Positions 50,597-63,184 of a DNA stretch of 64,000 nucleotides are shown here, one piece after another. The stretch is from Malacoraja senta. Taxonomy: Eukaryota. The translations under genes and the position numbers were made by a program. The stretch is taken from contig CM075990.1 of the NCBI GenBank assembly GCA_038087875.1, forward strand, positions 15,626,001 to 15,690,000, in the 5' to 3' direction. Numbering within the stretch: position 1 is the first letter of the stretch; each line of letters opens with the position of its first letter. The notes beneath the pieces were generated by a model. It searched no databases. It was not told where the DNA came from and was given only the letters and a program-made list of their open reading frames with translations.

Positions 50597-51254
50597 AGAG
50601 GCCAAAGCACAGTCCCGGCATTAATATTGTTTACATTTACTTACATTGACATCTGTGCATTCTTTGTTACAAATTCAGGATATTTCATTGAATTAAAAAC
50701 ATTTGACAGAAAGGCTTCAGGAAATAACCATCGCTGCTGCTGCAGCATCAAGATGCAGACAGAATGTAGAGGGCTGCTGAAGATTAATTGGGAAAAAGAT
50801 ACTACCACGCCCGCAGAGCGAGGTCTGGATCATTCAAAAAGTTGACAAAAATCACAATGATAGATGAAATCCTAACACTAACTGAATGATTAAGAATGCA
50901 GCAATTTCTGGGACAGAAAGCTACTGATGATACTGAAAGAAAATATAACATCCAAATGCAATAAGGCAATGGAACAATGAGGATTAAGCTCCTTTTACTA
51001 AAACATGACATTAGTTCTTGGAGGAGAGAGATAGTCACGTAAAAACAAATATTGAACGTAATTATCAACATTTACTGTTGAACCTTTCTTATTTTTGGAC
51101 GACAATATGATTGAATTTTACAATCAGTTTGAGCTACCAAAGACAGTGGCCAAGACTAATATTTTAAACTTTGGTCGACAACGAGCATTTAAAACTTAAG
51201 TGAGGGCAACTGTGAGGGTATGAAGCCGAGGTAGTTTAGTCAACGGGCAAAGTA

Positions 51255-51652
51255 CAATAGACAATAGACAATAGAAAATAAGTGCAGGAGTAGGCCATTC
51301 GGCCCTTCGAGCCAGTGCCGCCATTCAATGTGATCATGGCTGATCATCCCCAATCAGTACCCTGTTCCTGCCTTCTCCCCATATCCCCTGACTCCGCTAT
51401 TTTTAAGAGCCCTATCTAGCTCTCTCTTGAAAGCATCCAGAGAACCTGCCTCCACCGCCCTCCGAGGCAGAGAATTCCACAGACTCACCACTCTCTGTGA
51501 GAAAAAGTGTTTCCTCATCTCCGTTCTAAATGGCTTACTCCTTATTCTTAAACAGTGGCCCCTGGTTCTGGACTCCCCCAACATCGGGAACATGTTTCCT
51601 GCATCTAGCGTGTCCAAACCCTTAACAATCTTATATGTTTCAATGAGATCCC
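51255..51652 (-). mobile_element. Young CR1 LINE 3' end
   Basis: ORF 51354-51617 FFSQRVVSLWNSLP; same subfamily as 38790-39390. Confidence 0.95.
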
Positions 51653-51728
51653 ATCTCGTTACGGAGTAGGTTACGGAGATCTTTCAGAATGCACAAGAAT
51701 AAATATATTCAATGAGATAAGGAAAAAA

Positions 51729-52015
51729 AACAAGAGGCGTACCTAACAAGAGGCGTACCTAACAAGAGGCGTACCTAACAAGAGGCGTAGCTAACAAGAG
51801 GCGTACCTAACAAGAGGCGTACCTAACAAGAGGCGTACCTAACAAGAGGCGTACCTAACAAGAGGCGTAGCTAACAAGAGGCGTACCTAACAAGAGGCGT
51901 ACCTAACAAGAGACGTACCTAACAAGAGGCGTACCTAACAAGAGGCGTACCTAACAAGAGGCGTACCTAACAAGAGGCGTACCTAACAAGAGGCGTACCT
52001 AACAAGAGGCGTACC
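51729..52015. repeat. 16-bp minisatellite (aacaagaggcgtacct) x18
   Basis: Counted directly; variants in units 4, 9 (gtagct) and 12. Confidence 0.98.
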
Positions 52016-52305
52016 AAGCATATTAACTAAAAAAGTCACGGTATTTTCAAGGTTGAAGGAAAAACATTTCATTGCATCTTTGGGTAATGGACCAAATGAA
52101 CAAACATGAGCCAAGCCATCTAACATCTCAATTTATCCTTTCTTAAAGCACAAAATCAAAGACCCTACACTGATCCCATTTTTTTTATTGGCTCTATATT
52201 CTCATCAACTCCCCCAATCAGTCACCAGGGCAACTTGCAATGGTCAATCAACCTATCATCCCATACAGAGTCATACAGAGTGGAAACAGGTCGTTCGACC
52301 CGACT

Positions 52306-53138
52306 TTCTTCCGGAAGTGGCGGCGCTGTCGAACAGCAGCGGCTCGCCTGCAGTCCGTCTGTTTTTTACTTTTTTGTTGTTTTCGTTTGTCCTGTTTTAG
52401 TTAAATTTTAGTTTATTGGGTTGTGTATGTGTGGGGTGGGGGGGTGAAACATGATTTTTGTCTCTTCCTTCGGGGGAATGCGACTTTTTCTTGTCGTATC
52501 CCCCTTCTCTGCCTCCGTCTGCGCCGAGGCCTAATGGCGGAGCTGCCGGCCTCCAACTCCAACTGCGACCGACCTCGAGGCTCCGGAGGCAGAGCCAGGA
52601 CTTAACAGCGCAGGGCTGGCCGGCTTCGGGGCTGCGGTGGCGTTCCGGCGGTGGCGACCTGAATCCGGAGGCTCGGCCGCGGGCCCAGTGGACGACATCG
52701 TCGGGAGCGCGCAAGTCACAGGTGGGTGACCTGTTTTTCTGGGGCTCCCGCAACTACAGCTGCGTCCGCTGGACTGGAGGGCGGCAGCTTCGGCAGCTTC
52801 GACCACCGCGGGCCGCGGAATTTGAACCGGCCCGTCGCGGAGCACGGATTCAGCCGCGGGATTGACTTACCATCACCCGCTGGGGTCACAACATCAGAAG
52901 CCTGGATCGCCTCAGCGCAGAGGAAGAACAAAGCGGGAAGAGACAGAGACTTTAAGACTTTTGCCTCCATCACAGTGAGGAGGTGCCTGGTGAACTCACT
53001 GTGGTGGATGTTAATTTGTGTTTATTGTGTGTTTTGTTATTTATTATTATATGTATGACTGCAGGCAACGAAATTTCGTTCAGACCGAAAGGTCTGAATG
53101 ACAAATAAAGGAATCTCTAATCTCTAATCTCTAATCTC
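52306..53138 (+). mobile_element. CpG-rich non-autonomous retroelement with a Rex1-like tail
   Basis: Interrupts a HER1/HE1 tail (ccgact|tgcccatg); ends aatgacaaataaagg(aatctct)n. Confidence 0.75.
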
Positions 53139-53604
53139 TTGCCCATGCTCACCCCATCTTTGGGATGTGGGAGTAAAGTGGAGCACCCAGAGAAAACTTA
53201 TGCGGTCACAGCGAGAATCTACAAATGCTTTGATGATCTGATTGAACCCAGGTCCCAGGAGCTGTAAGGCAGCAGTTCTACCAGCTGCTCTGCTGTTCTG
53301 TGCAATGTAGCATCCACCAAAATGCTTCGGCCATTTCAACGCTGAATTTTGCAAGTCCAGGTAGCCGTGGCATCAAATAAGATCACCAAAAATTATTGTC
53401 CTTACTTATCAATGACGGTTTCTGTGCTCGGAAACTGCTCCCATCCAGTGCAGAAATCCTTCCATTTCTTCCTCTTGAGTTCATACAGCATTTTCTTGAA
53501 TGCCTCAAGGGGACAAATTAATATTCAGGGCAGGATTTAATACCGATAGCCCTAATGAGAGCGGGAAACATTTAATCACAGAAAGAACACGATAGACAAA
53601 GCAT

Positions 53605-55025
53605 GTTCATAAGTTCTTAAGATCTAGGAGTAGAATTAGGCCATTCGGCCCATCAAGTCTACTCTGTCTTTGAATCATGGCTGATCTATCTTTCCTTCTT
53701 AACCCCATTCTCCTGCCTTCTCCCCACAACCATTGACATCCGTACTAATCAAGAATCTATCTATCGCTGCCTTAAAAATATCCATTGACAGCCTCCACTG
53801 CCTTCTGCGGCAAAACATTTCACAGATTCACCACCCTCTGACTAAAGAAATTCCTCCTCATCTCCTTCCTAAAGTAACGTCCCTTAATTCTGAGGCTATG
53901 ACCCTCTGGTCCTGGACTCTGCCAGACCTCTGGTCCTGGACTCTCCCAGACTTCTGGTCCTATATTCTAGCATCCTAACTTTCCATAGACAATAGGGGCA
54001 GGAGTAGGCCATTCAGTCGTTCAAGCCAGCACCGCCATTCACTGTGATCATTGAAACATAGAAACATAGAAAATAGGTGCAGGACTAGGCCATTTGGCCC
54101 TTCGAGCCTGCACCGCCATTTGATATGATCATGGCTGATCATCCAACTCAGTATCCCATCCCTGCCTTCTCTCCATACCCCCTGATCCCTTTAGCCACAA
54201 GGGCCACATCTAACTCCCTCTTAAATATAGCCAATGAACTGGCCTCAACTACCTTCTGTGGCAGAGAATTCCACAGATTCACCACTCTCTGTGTAAAAAA
54301 TGATTTCCTCATCTCGGTCCTAAAGGTCTTCCCTCTTATCCTTAAACTGTGACCCCTAGTTCTGGACTTCCCCAACATCGGGAACAATCTTCCTGCATCT
54401 AGCCTGTCCAACCCCTTAAGAATTTTGTAAGTTTCTATAAGATCCCCCCTCAATCTTCTGAATTCCAACGTGTACAAGCCGAGTCTATCCAGTCTTTCCT
54501 CATATGAAAGTCCTGCGATCCAAGGAATCAGTCTGGTGAACCTTCTCTGTACTCCCTCTATGGCAAGAATGTCTTTCCTCAGATTAGGAGACCAAAACTG
54601 TACGCAATACTCCAGGTGTGGTCTCACCAAGACCCTGTACAACTGCAGTAGAACCTCCCTGCTCTTATACTCAATCGCAGGATCATAGCTGATCATCCAC
54701 AATCAGTAACCCGTTCCTGCCTTCTCCCCATATCCCTTGACTCCGCTATCTTTAAGAGCTCTATCTAACTCCCTCTTGAAAGCATCCAGAGAATTGGCCT
54801 CCACTGCCTTCTGAGGCAGAGAATTCCACAGTTTCACAATTCTCTGCGTGAAAAAGTTTTTCCTCATCTCTGTTCTAAATGGCCGACCTCTTATTCTTAA
54901 ACTGTGGCCCCTGTTTCTGGACTCCCCCAACATCGGGAACATGTTTCCTGCCTCTCGCGTGTCCAGTCCCTTAATAATCTTGTATGTTTCAATAAGATGC
55001 CCTCTCATCCTTCTAAATTCCAGTG
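53605..55025 (-). mobile_element. Stack of CR1 LINE 3' fragments (at least four tails)
   Basis: ORFs 54148-54702 and 54703-55035 with VRPHLEYCVQFWSP and FFTQRVVNLWNSLP. Confidence 0.95.
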
Positions 55026-56254
55026 TAGAAACCATGTATGGGGAACGTGGACCTTAAAGGCCCTGGCCGAGTCAGACATTTTTCAGACTGCTGCTCCCTG
55101 CAACTGCCCATCGCAGGATCAGGCAGCGAGAATAACGGACAAAGGGCGGCATCTTTCGTAAAACCGTGAAACCCTCAATGAGTGACTGAAATGCACTGCG
55201 TGCTGTGATCTGCATGCCCGTCGTCTCAAACAGGGGCAGCTAAATGTAGGCCCCAACGCTCTCGCATTTCAAATTCTTTGGCACTCCTCGCTATTGCTTT
55301 TGGAGAAACATCAACAGCACAATAATTGGTTTTATACCAGCAGAAAGTTATTTCAGGGAATCTATTTCAAGTCGGGGCTTGGTGCCAGGGTTTCCCCTTG
55401 TGCACATAAAAAATATACAGTAATTTCACAAGGGCCCATTAATAATTAGTAAAAACAAACTGGCTGGTCTGCACTGCCCATCTGCAGCCCATATTCCCAG
55501 TAGAATTTTACATTACTCGATACATTTATTTTTGGATTGAGTTCAGAGACAATTTTACTTTGAGAATGCTATATTCCGTTAAAGCTGTGCTGCTCCTTGA
55601 GGCCCAGTCCCTCCCAGCTCTGTTACCTGGCAAATAGTTTCACTGCATAATTCAGAAGCCAATGGCACCCGTTTATATTTAGAGATGTAGGTTACTGCAC
55701 ACACGCACATTTCCCCGTACACCTATACACACTTGCACGGACAGCGTCCACATTGGGACATACAATAAATCTAAGAGTCTATTTACCATCAGCAACTTGG
55801 AATTGTATGTGAAATAGCTGCAACAATGCAACTAATTTCTTCCCATTTTTCCGAATTTGTAGAGTGGATCTTTGGGTATTTGCAGCTTCCAGTACCTCAG
55901 CCAGTTGTTGTGCAAAATCCGAGATAATCAACGAGCTTTCATCACTCCCAAGTTGTATTAAACCCTCACTTACACAATAACTCGCAAACAATCATCAACA
56001 CTCGCTACTTCTCAGCACCTGATCCTGAGAACCACGACTGATCTTTCCACCTCTCTCTTCTCAGAGACACTCCTTAAACTCTCAGTCTTTTATATTTGAC
56101 CTAACATCTTACCTGGCTCTGCATTGTATTGTGTTTGCTGACATTTTCTGTCAAGTGCCTTGTGACATTTCTCCAGGTGACTGCTGCTATATAAATACAA
56201 GGTGGTGCTGATCAGATAACAGCACAACACAGGTTGGACCATGCATTTTGACTC

Positions 56255-56640
56255 ATGGAGTTATAGAGCCAGATAGGAGCTGACCAAGGTGCCCCATCCA
56301 AGCTTGTCCCATTTCCCAGTGTTTCACCATCTCTTTAACCCTTTGCTATCCATGTACTTGTTCAAATATCTTTTAAATGTTGTTATTCTACCTGCCTCAA
56401 CTACCTTCTCTGGCATCTTGTGCCATATACGCACCATTAAATCTTTCCCCTTTCACCTTTAACGTATATCCTCTTGTTCTGGATTCCCCTACCCTGGGTA
56501 AAAGACTCTGTGCATCTTCCCTGCCTTTGCCCCTCATTATAAGATCACCACTCAGCCTCCTGTGCTCCAAGGAATAAAATCCTAGCCCAGATAACCTCTC
56601 CCTGCAGCTCAGCCCATTAAGTCCTGCCAATATCCTTGTA
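56255..56640 (-). mobile_element. Diverged CR1/HER1 3' fragment
   Basis: ERLSGLGFYSLEHRRL...TRG motif. Confidence 0.8.
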
Positions 56641-57100
56641 GCAATCTTCGCAGCAATGCTCAGCTACAAATTGCATACAACTTCTGTCAACTGAGCCTGC
56701 TGTGTGAAATAACCATGTGACTTACAGTGACAAGACCCAAGCCTATTGGAATGGACAATTCTGCCGATCAAAGTTGATTTGTCAATTCTCCAAGCTCCCC
56801 TGAATCAATGCTCAAACTCATTTTCAGCAAATGCCAATCTAAAACGCATTTGTTAATTTAGTTTCTCACCTCCGGCCTAATGCGTCTAAAATGTATGACT
56901 TCGGAACTAATTGAAGTGTTGCTTTACTAATGTCATTCCTGCCTGCACCGTTTTCCTGTGCACTAATGCCTTGCAATTCATGTCAGGTACATTTCACCAC
57001 AGTTACAGGACGATCCATTTAATGAAAGCAATCAACAGTTCAAAACTTGCATTAATTTGAAAAATTAAAACTGTTTCCTAATTGCGTGCAAATAATATCA

Positions 57101-57395
57101 CAGCACAGTGGTGCAGCGGTAGAGTTGCTGCCTCACAACGCCAAAGATCCGAGTTGGATCCTGACTACGGGTGCTGTCTGTACAGAGTTTGTACCTTCTC
57201 CCAGTGGCCCATGTGGGTTTTCACCGGAAGGTCCGGTTTCCTTCCCACATTCCAAACTCGTAGAGGTTTGGAGGCTAATTGGCCGCAGAAAGATGGAAAA
57301 TGTGTCCCTAGTGTGTGGGATAGTGTACGGATGCGTGGCGCGGACTCAGTGGGTCATAGGGCCTGTTTCCACATTGTGTATCTCTAAAGTCTAAG
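57101..57395 (+). mobile_element. HE1-type SINE
   Basis: A box tggtgcagcgg; tail. Confidence 0.88.
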
Positions 57396-57727
57396 GTCAC
57401 TTAACAACGAACATAATTGATCAGAATTTACTGCCAATGTACCAGCCACCCACATGCACAGCCGACCAATGTATCATTTACCAATCCTTCACGGATATCC
57501 CACTGGCAACTTATTGCAAAGTCTTGCGCTGATTCTAAACCTTGAGACCCTGACACCCATCAAGGCTTTCATGTAGCGAAAAATGGAACAAGCCCCTCCC
57601 ACACCACAGCGTAACATTACTTTAACCGCCTCCTATCTTAGCTGGCTGTCAAAGCTGTACATGTTTCTGACTGTCAAAGAATTCAAAATTAATTAAAAAA
57701 TCAATAAAACAGTTGAAAAATGTAAAG

Positions 57728-57917
57728 TCAGACACAAAAGGCTGGAGTAACTCAGTGGGTCATTTATGGAGAAAATGGAGTTTAGGCTCATCTTCAGTCT
57801 GAAGAAGGGTCCTGATCCAAAGCATCACCTGTCCATGTTCTCCAGAGATGCTGCCTGACCCATTGAGTTACTCCAGCAATGGGTCTATCGTTGATATAAA
57901 CCAGCATCTGCAGTTCA
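57728..57917. mobile_element. Fold-back PLE pLTR element (diverged)
   Basis: cttcagtctgaag centre; gctggagtaactca / tgagttactccagc arms. Confidence 0.78.
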
Positions 57918-58217
57918 TTTTTACTGCATTATTATTTAAAAAGTGTCATTATTTTTAAAAGAATAAAAGAGTCCACACCCCAAAATTGTATAATGTTAAA
58001 AAGCTTAAGCAAGCTCACTTGTTTAAAGAAAATTGTAATAGCATATGACTTTTTGCCCCCGAGACAGCTTATCTCTACTGAAATGACATGCCTGATTACC
58101 CCAGAATGAGTATGATAGCACATGCACTCTTCATCGGTGCTATCTATGAGCTGTATAATGAAAGATCAAAGTCAGCAAAACCCCAGCAAAGTGCAGCCAC
58201 CAATTTTGAGAGCTTTA

Positions 58218-58855
58218 AACTTTTAGACTTTAGAGATACAGCGTGGAAACAGGCCCTTTGGCCCACCGTGTCCGGATCGACCAGTAATCATCCCGTACAC
58301 AAATTGCCCTGTCCCATGGTACGAGTTCATTCCAAGAGCTCTCCCGAGTTTTAAAAAAATCAAACTCGTGGTAAGCACGGAGAATGAACGTAGCGGGTAC
58401 ATCGGAACTCGGGGACGTCTCTTAGCGCTAACGGCAGGTACTCGGGAAGACTCGCTAACGGCAGGTAAGCACGGGAAGACTCGTGAAGATTTTTCAACAC
58501 GTCGAAAAATGTTCACGAGAGCCCTGAGTACTGACGAGTGGCCATTACCGTAATTCTCCGAGTTCGAATCAGGGCAAACTCGGGAGAACTCTTGGAATGA
58601 ACTCGTACTGTGGGACAGGGGTTGAACACTATCCTACACACTAGGGACAATTTACAATTTGCAGAAGACAATTAACCTACAAACCTGTACGTCTTTGGAG
58701 CATGGGGGGGGGGACCCTGGGTACCCGGAGAAAATCCACGCAATCACAGGGAGAACGTACAAACTCTGTATAATGCAGCAACCGTAGTCAGGATCGAAAC
58801 TGGGTCTCTGGCGCAGTAAGGCAGCAACTCTATCGCTGAGCCACTACGCTGCCTC
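58218..58855 (-). mobile_element. HE1-type SINE interrupted by a Harbinger-type MITE (~58305-58623)
   Basis: MITE TIR ccctgtccca..gtacgagttcattccaagag / ctcttggaatgaactcgtactgtgggacaggg. Confidence 0.88.
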
Positions 58856-58932
58856 TGTTTGCTGCCCAGCTCAACAGTTATGTGGGAATCCCCGAACCTG
58901 GTCACACTGAGGAGGTGAAATGACAGCAGTTT

Positions 58933-59590
58933 GACAATAGACAATAGGTGTAGGAGTAGGCCATTCAGCCCTTCGAGCCAGCACCGCCATTCAATGTGAT
59001 CATGGCTGATCATCCACAATCAGTACCCCGTTCCTGCCTGCTCCCCATATCTTGAGCTCTACCTAACTATCTCTTGAAAGCATCCAGAGAATCGGCCTTC
59101 ACTGCCTTCTGAGGCAGAGAATTCCACAGATTCTTAATTCTCTGGGTGAAAAAGCTTTTCCTCATCTCTGTTCTAAATGGCCTACCCCTTATTCTTAAAC
59201 TGTGTCCCCTGGTTCTGGACTCCCCCAACATCGGGAACATGTTACCTGCCTCTAGCGTGTCCAATCCCTTAATAATCTTATATGTTTCAATAAGATACCC
59301 TCTCATCCCTCTAAATTCCAGTGTATAAAAGCCCAGTCGCTCCATTCTTTCAACATATGACAGCCCCGCCATCCCGGGAATTAACCTCGTGAACCTACTC
59401 TGCACTCCCTCAATAGCAAGAATGTCCTACCTCAAATTTGGAGATGAAAACTGCACAAACTCCAGGTGTGGTCTCACCAGGGCAGAAGGACCTCTTTGCT
59501 CCTATACTCAACTCCCCTTGTTATGAAGGCCAACATGCCATTAGCTTTCTTCAATGCCTGCTGTAACTGCGTGTTTAATTTCAGTGAACA
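58933..59590 (-). mobile_element. CR1 LINE 3' fragment
   Basis: KKANGMLAFITRGVEYRSKEV and RFTRLIPGMAGLSY ORFs. Confidence 0.95.
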
Positions 59591-60269
59591 TGTAGGTACT
59601 GCTGAGGAACTGCATCCATCTCTAGGTTCCATCTCTAGCATTCCACACACAATGATCACTAATGCCATTGAATTACTCAATTAGGTAGATGCCCCAACAC
59701 TGGAGAATTATTCATCCAGGTAGTCAAAATGTGAGCCTTGGGACCAGAAATAAGTTATTTAACTAAACAAGGGAGCCCCTTAATCATCTTATCAGTCAAT
59801 ATAAAAAAGACTTATTTGCCTTCTGGAACCATTTATATTGTTATTCTGAAGATATACCGACTTAACTTATTTCACAGATCATTAAGCATTTGAGCAAAAG
59901 TTCCATTAGACTGCTCCCAATTTTACAATTTGGCTGCTTAACCCTTTATCACGATGAACGATTTTCATGGATCAGTTTTGTCTTTCACCTTCATAACCTT
60001 GAAAACTTCTATCACCATTGATCAGTTGACTAATGGCCTTGCTTAAGGAATTAACAAAATTAAGCTGGGAGGGGATGACATCTTTTACTAAGAGTAACAA
60101 AATCTTCCCTTTTTATGTGTGCAGCCAAATTACAGTCATTATATTTTGTCTTCTTCATACCAACTGGAGTTTCAGAAATAGACTCTGAAAATAAATTATT
60201 CAGTGATATTTTGGTATCGTGGACTGATTCGATTATCAATTGTTGGGTTCTTGTTGTTGATCTGGTGTG

Positions 60270-60530
60270 TGGCACGGTGTCGCAGCGGTAGAGTTGCTGT
60301 CTTACAACACCTGAGACCTGGGTTCGATCCTGACTACGGATACATGTCCGTATGGAGCTCATACATTTTCCCCATGTTCTGGAATCTCCGGTTTACTCCC
60401 ACACTCTGAAGACGTACAGGTTTGTAGGTTAATTGACTTGGTATCATTGTAAATAGTCACTAGTGTGTGTAGGATAATGTAAGTGTGCGGGGATCGCCGG
60501 TCGGCACCGAAGAGTCTGTTTCCGTGCTGC
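60270..60530 (+). mobile_element. HE1-type SINE
   Basis: ggcacggtgtcgcagcggtagag...GGTTCGATCC. Confidence 0.88.
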
Positions 60531-61367
60531 AACTGTGCCTAACTCTGGGTTTTCCTCCCAAAACACTACTGCATTTTTTTTCCTTCTTTCAGCCACTGGC
60601 AAAATAATTCTCTCTACATGTCCCCTTATCTGTCTGTCTTACTATTGTTTTTTGTCAGTTAGCTTCCTGGGGTATTGTAGCCACTGGTTTTACAATCTAT
60701 TAAAGTTCCATGAGCTGTGAAGTTTAAATGAAATTCAAGTGTCCTGTTGTTTTGAATCTCTGCTTCTTTGTTGTACGGATGTAGGAAGGAGCGCAGCTGT
60801 GTGAAGCATTGAGTGGATTCTTCCATCTGAAGGAGATCCACGGAACCAAGCCGTGTTAAAAGTAATCTGGATTACAGTCTGAAGAAGGGTCCCAACCTGT
60901 CATCACCTGTACATGTTCTCCAGCCATGCTGCCTGACCCGCTGAGTTACACCAGCACGACCTGTCTTTCTTCAATGTAAAGCAGCAACTGTAGTTCCTTG
61001 TGTCTAGAGGTAATCCCAATCCCAAATGGTGTTGATAACAGCTGAGAATATAGCATAATGTAATCTCCCAACACCATGACTTGGTTCAGATTTGGATTTA
61101 AGTGCATACCATGTACTTGCTTCAATGATCAGATGAAACAAAGATCATAAAATAAAGGCCAGATCATTTCTTGAACCTGATGAAGAGCGGATATTCATAA
61201 ATTATTCACCATAAAGTTCAGACCATTTTTTTGCTGCTCTCATCCTTCTTGTCTGCAAGGGGTTGTAGATCAGAGGGTTCCTTCACAGAAAGGAATCACA
61301 TGTCCTGCCTGGTATCCTATGCAGAACAGTAAGTCCCTTTAAGAGTCCCAAGGACCATTAGCATTCA

Positions 61368-61580
61368 GTGTAGGAAGGAACTGTAGATGCTGGTTTAAAC
61401 CGAAGACAGACACAAGACGCTGGAGTATCTCAGCAGGGCAGGCAGCATCTCTGGGGAAAAGAAGTAGGTGATGTTTTATCTGAAGAAAGGGTCTCGACCT
61501 GAAGCATCACCTATTCATTTTGCCCAGAGAGTTTGCCTGACCTGCTGAGCTAGTCCAGCTTTTTGTGTCTGTCTTTGGTT
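61368..61580. mobile_element. Fold-back PLE pLTR element
   Basis: aaaccgaagacagacacaa / ttgtgtctgtctttggtt arms. Confidence 0.8.
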
Positions 61581-61582
61581 AA

Positions 61583-62153
61583 CATTAACATTTTGAAGAA
61601 GGGTCTCGACCCGAAACGTCGCTCATTAACATCAGTCTGATGAAGGGTCTCGACCCGAAACATCACCCATTAACATCAGTCTGATGAAGGGTCTTGACTC
61701 CTCCATGGCCACAGCGAGCAACACCGTAAATTGGAGGAAATGCACCTCATATTCCGCTTGGGCAGTCTACATCCTGGGGGCTTGAACATTGAATTCTCCC
61801 AATTCTGCTAGCCCTTGCTGTCCCCTCCCCTTCATCAGCCCTCTGGTTGTCTCCTCCCCTCCCCCAGCCCTCGGGCTCCACCTCCGCATTTTTCCTTTTT
61901 TCCTTTCTTCTCCCCACCCCCTATCAGTCTGAAGAAGGGTTTCGGCCCGAAACGTTGCCTATTTCCTTCGCTTCATAGATGCTGCTCCACCCGCTGAGTT
62001 TCTCCAGCATTTTTGTGTACCTTTGATTTTCCAGCATCTGCAGTTCCTTCTTTAACACTTTAACCCATTAACATCAGTCTGAAGAAGGGTCTCGACTCGA
62101 AACGTCACCTATTAACATCAGTCTGAAGAAGGGTCTCGACCTGAAACGTCACC
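61583..62153 (+). repeat. 44-nt tandem units of a hammerhead-like PLE motif, interrupted by a PLE insertion
   Basis: Units start at 61583, 61624, 61668, 62066, 62110: cattaacatcagtCTGA(T/A)GAagggtctcgacccGAAAcgtcacc. Confidence 0.85.
61701..62058 (+). mobile_element. Penelope-like element 3' end (GIY-YIG C-terminus plus pLTR)
   Basis: LHGHSEQHRKLEEMHLIFRLGSLHPGGLNIEFSQFC*; the downstream sequence matches the arm of the 1621-2085 palindrome. Confidence 0.9.
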
Positions 62154-63184
62154 CATTCCTTTTCTCCAGAGATGCTGCCTGTCCCGCTGAGTTACTCCAG
62201 CATTTTGTGTCTAACATTAACATGCAGGTAGGCTTTCAGCTTCAGACACCAGATCAGCCACTGGTTGATAGAAATGCAACTTGCCCAGTAACTTAATGAA
62301 ATGGTGTTCCTTTAAGTACATTAATTGATGGCTATCAACTAAGCTGAAACAAAAGTGTGAGAGGAAACATGTTGCTTCCTGTGATGGATGGCCAGTTCAC
62401 TTCAAACTAATGCATCCCACCGAAAACAATCACATTTGCCGTGTGCCTCAGTCACATCAAATGACGCAGATGTTGTTCTCCGGCTGGTCTGATCAATTTC
62501 AGACCTCAGTGAGAGTCGATTTAATGGAACGTTACCATTACCTTTCTCTGAGGAATAAAACGTACTCCAGTCATCTGAAGGCTTCACTGATGAATTTACA
62601 GTGTTGGCAGTCGGCAACTCCAACCCAAGGCAACCCTCCACACTTGCACTGTCAAACACCGGCTTCACTGGAATGGTTAATGGGTGTATCAGTTAATGGC
62701 TTTGTCAGAATCCTGTTCTGTTTTGGTCTGAAGTGTGTGTATGAGATACTTATATGGCAGTAACATGACAGGTTAACTTACTGTGTCTGTATACTGCGGA
62801 CGGTTTGATTGCAATCATGTATAGTCTTTTCACTGACTGGATAGCACGCAACAAACATGCTTTTCACTGTACCTCAGTGCACATGACAGTAATAAATTAA
62901 ATCAAACTACTGGACTAGAAGCCAAAGTTCTGAACTAGTGCATCACAGACGAGTTCAAATCCAACCACAGATATTGAGGAGTATAAAGTTAGGTAATTTA
63001 TTAAATCTGGAACTTTAAGTGGCAGGAATGAAGTGACTGGATTTTTCAGAAACATCCATCTGGCGCACTCTATTTGAAAGTCAGCCATCCTGATTGGGTG
63101 TGGCCTATGTTACACCAGACCAATGTGGGCCGACACTGAACCGACTCTCCAAATCATGGCATTGTCACTGACATCCATATTCTG

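Noticed and set aside
51729..52015. CRISPR-like appearance of regular repeats (also 61583-62153)
   Set aside because: No unique spacers, no cas genes, eukaryotic context; these are head-to-tail tandem repeats.
52397..53058. GC-rich overlapping ORFs suggesting a CpG-island promoter or first exon
   Set aside because: They lie inside an insertion with a retro-tail that splits another repeat; high GC explains the open frames.
62402..62763. ORFs in unique sequence with a minus-strand ccag acceptor
   Set aside because: In the phase expected for this KCNMA1 intron the first codon is TGA; no donor found and no homology to Slo1 exon 2.
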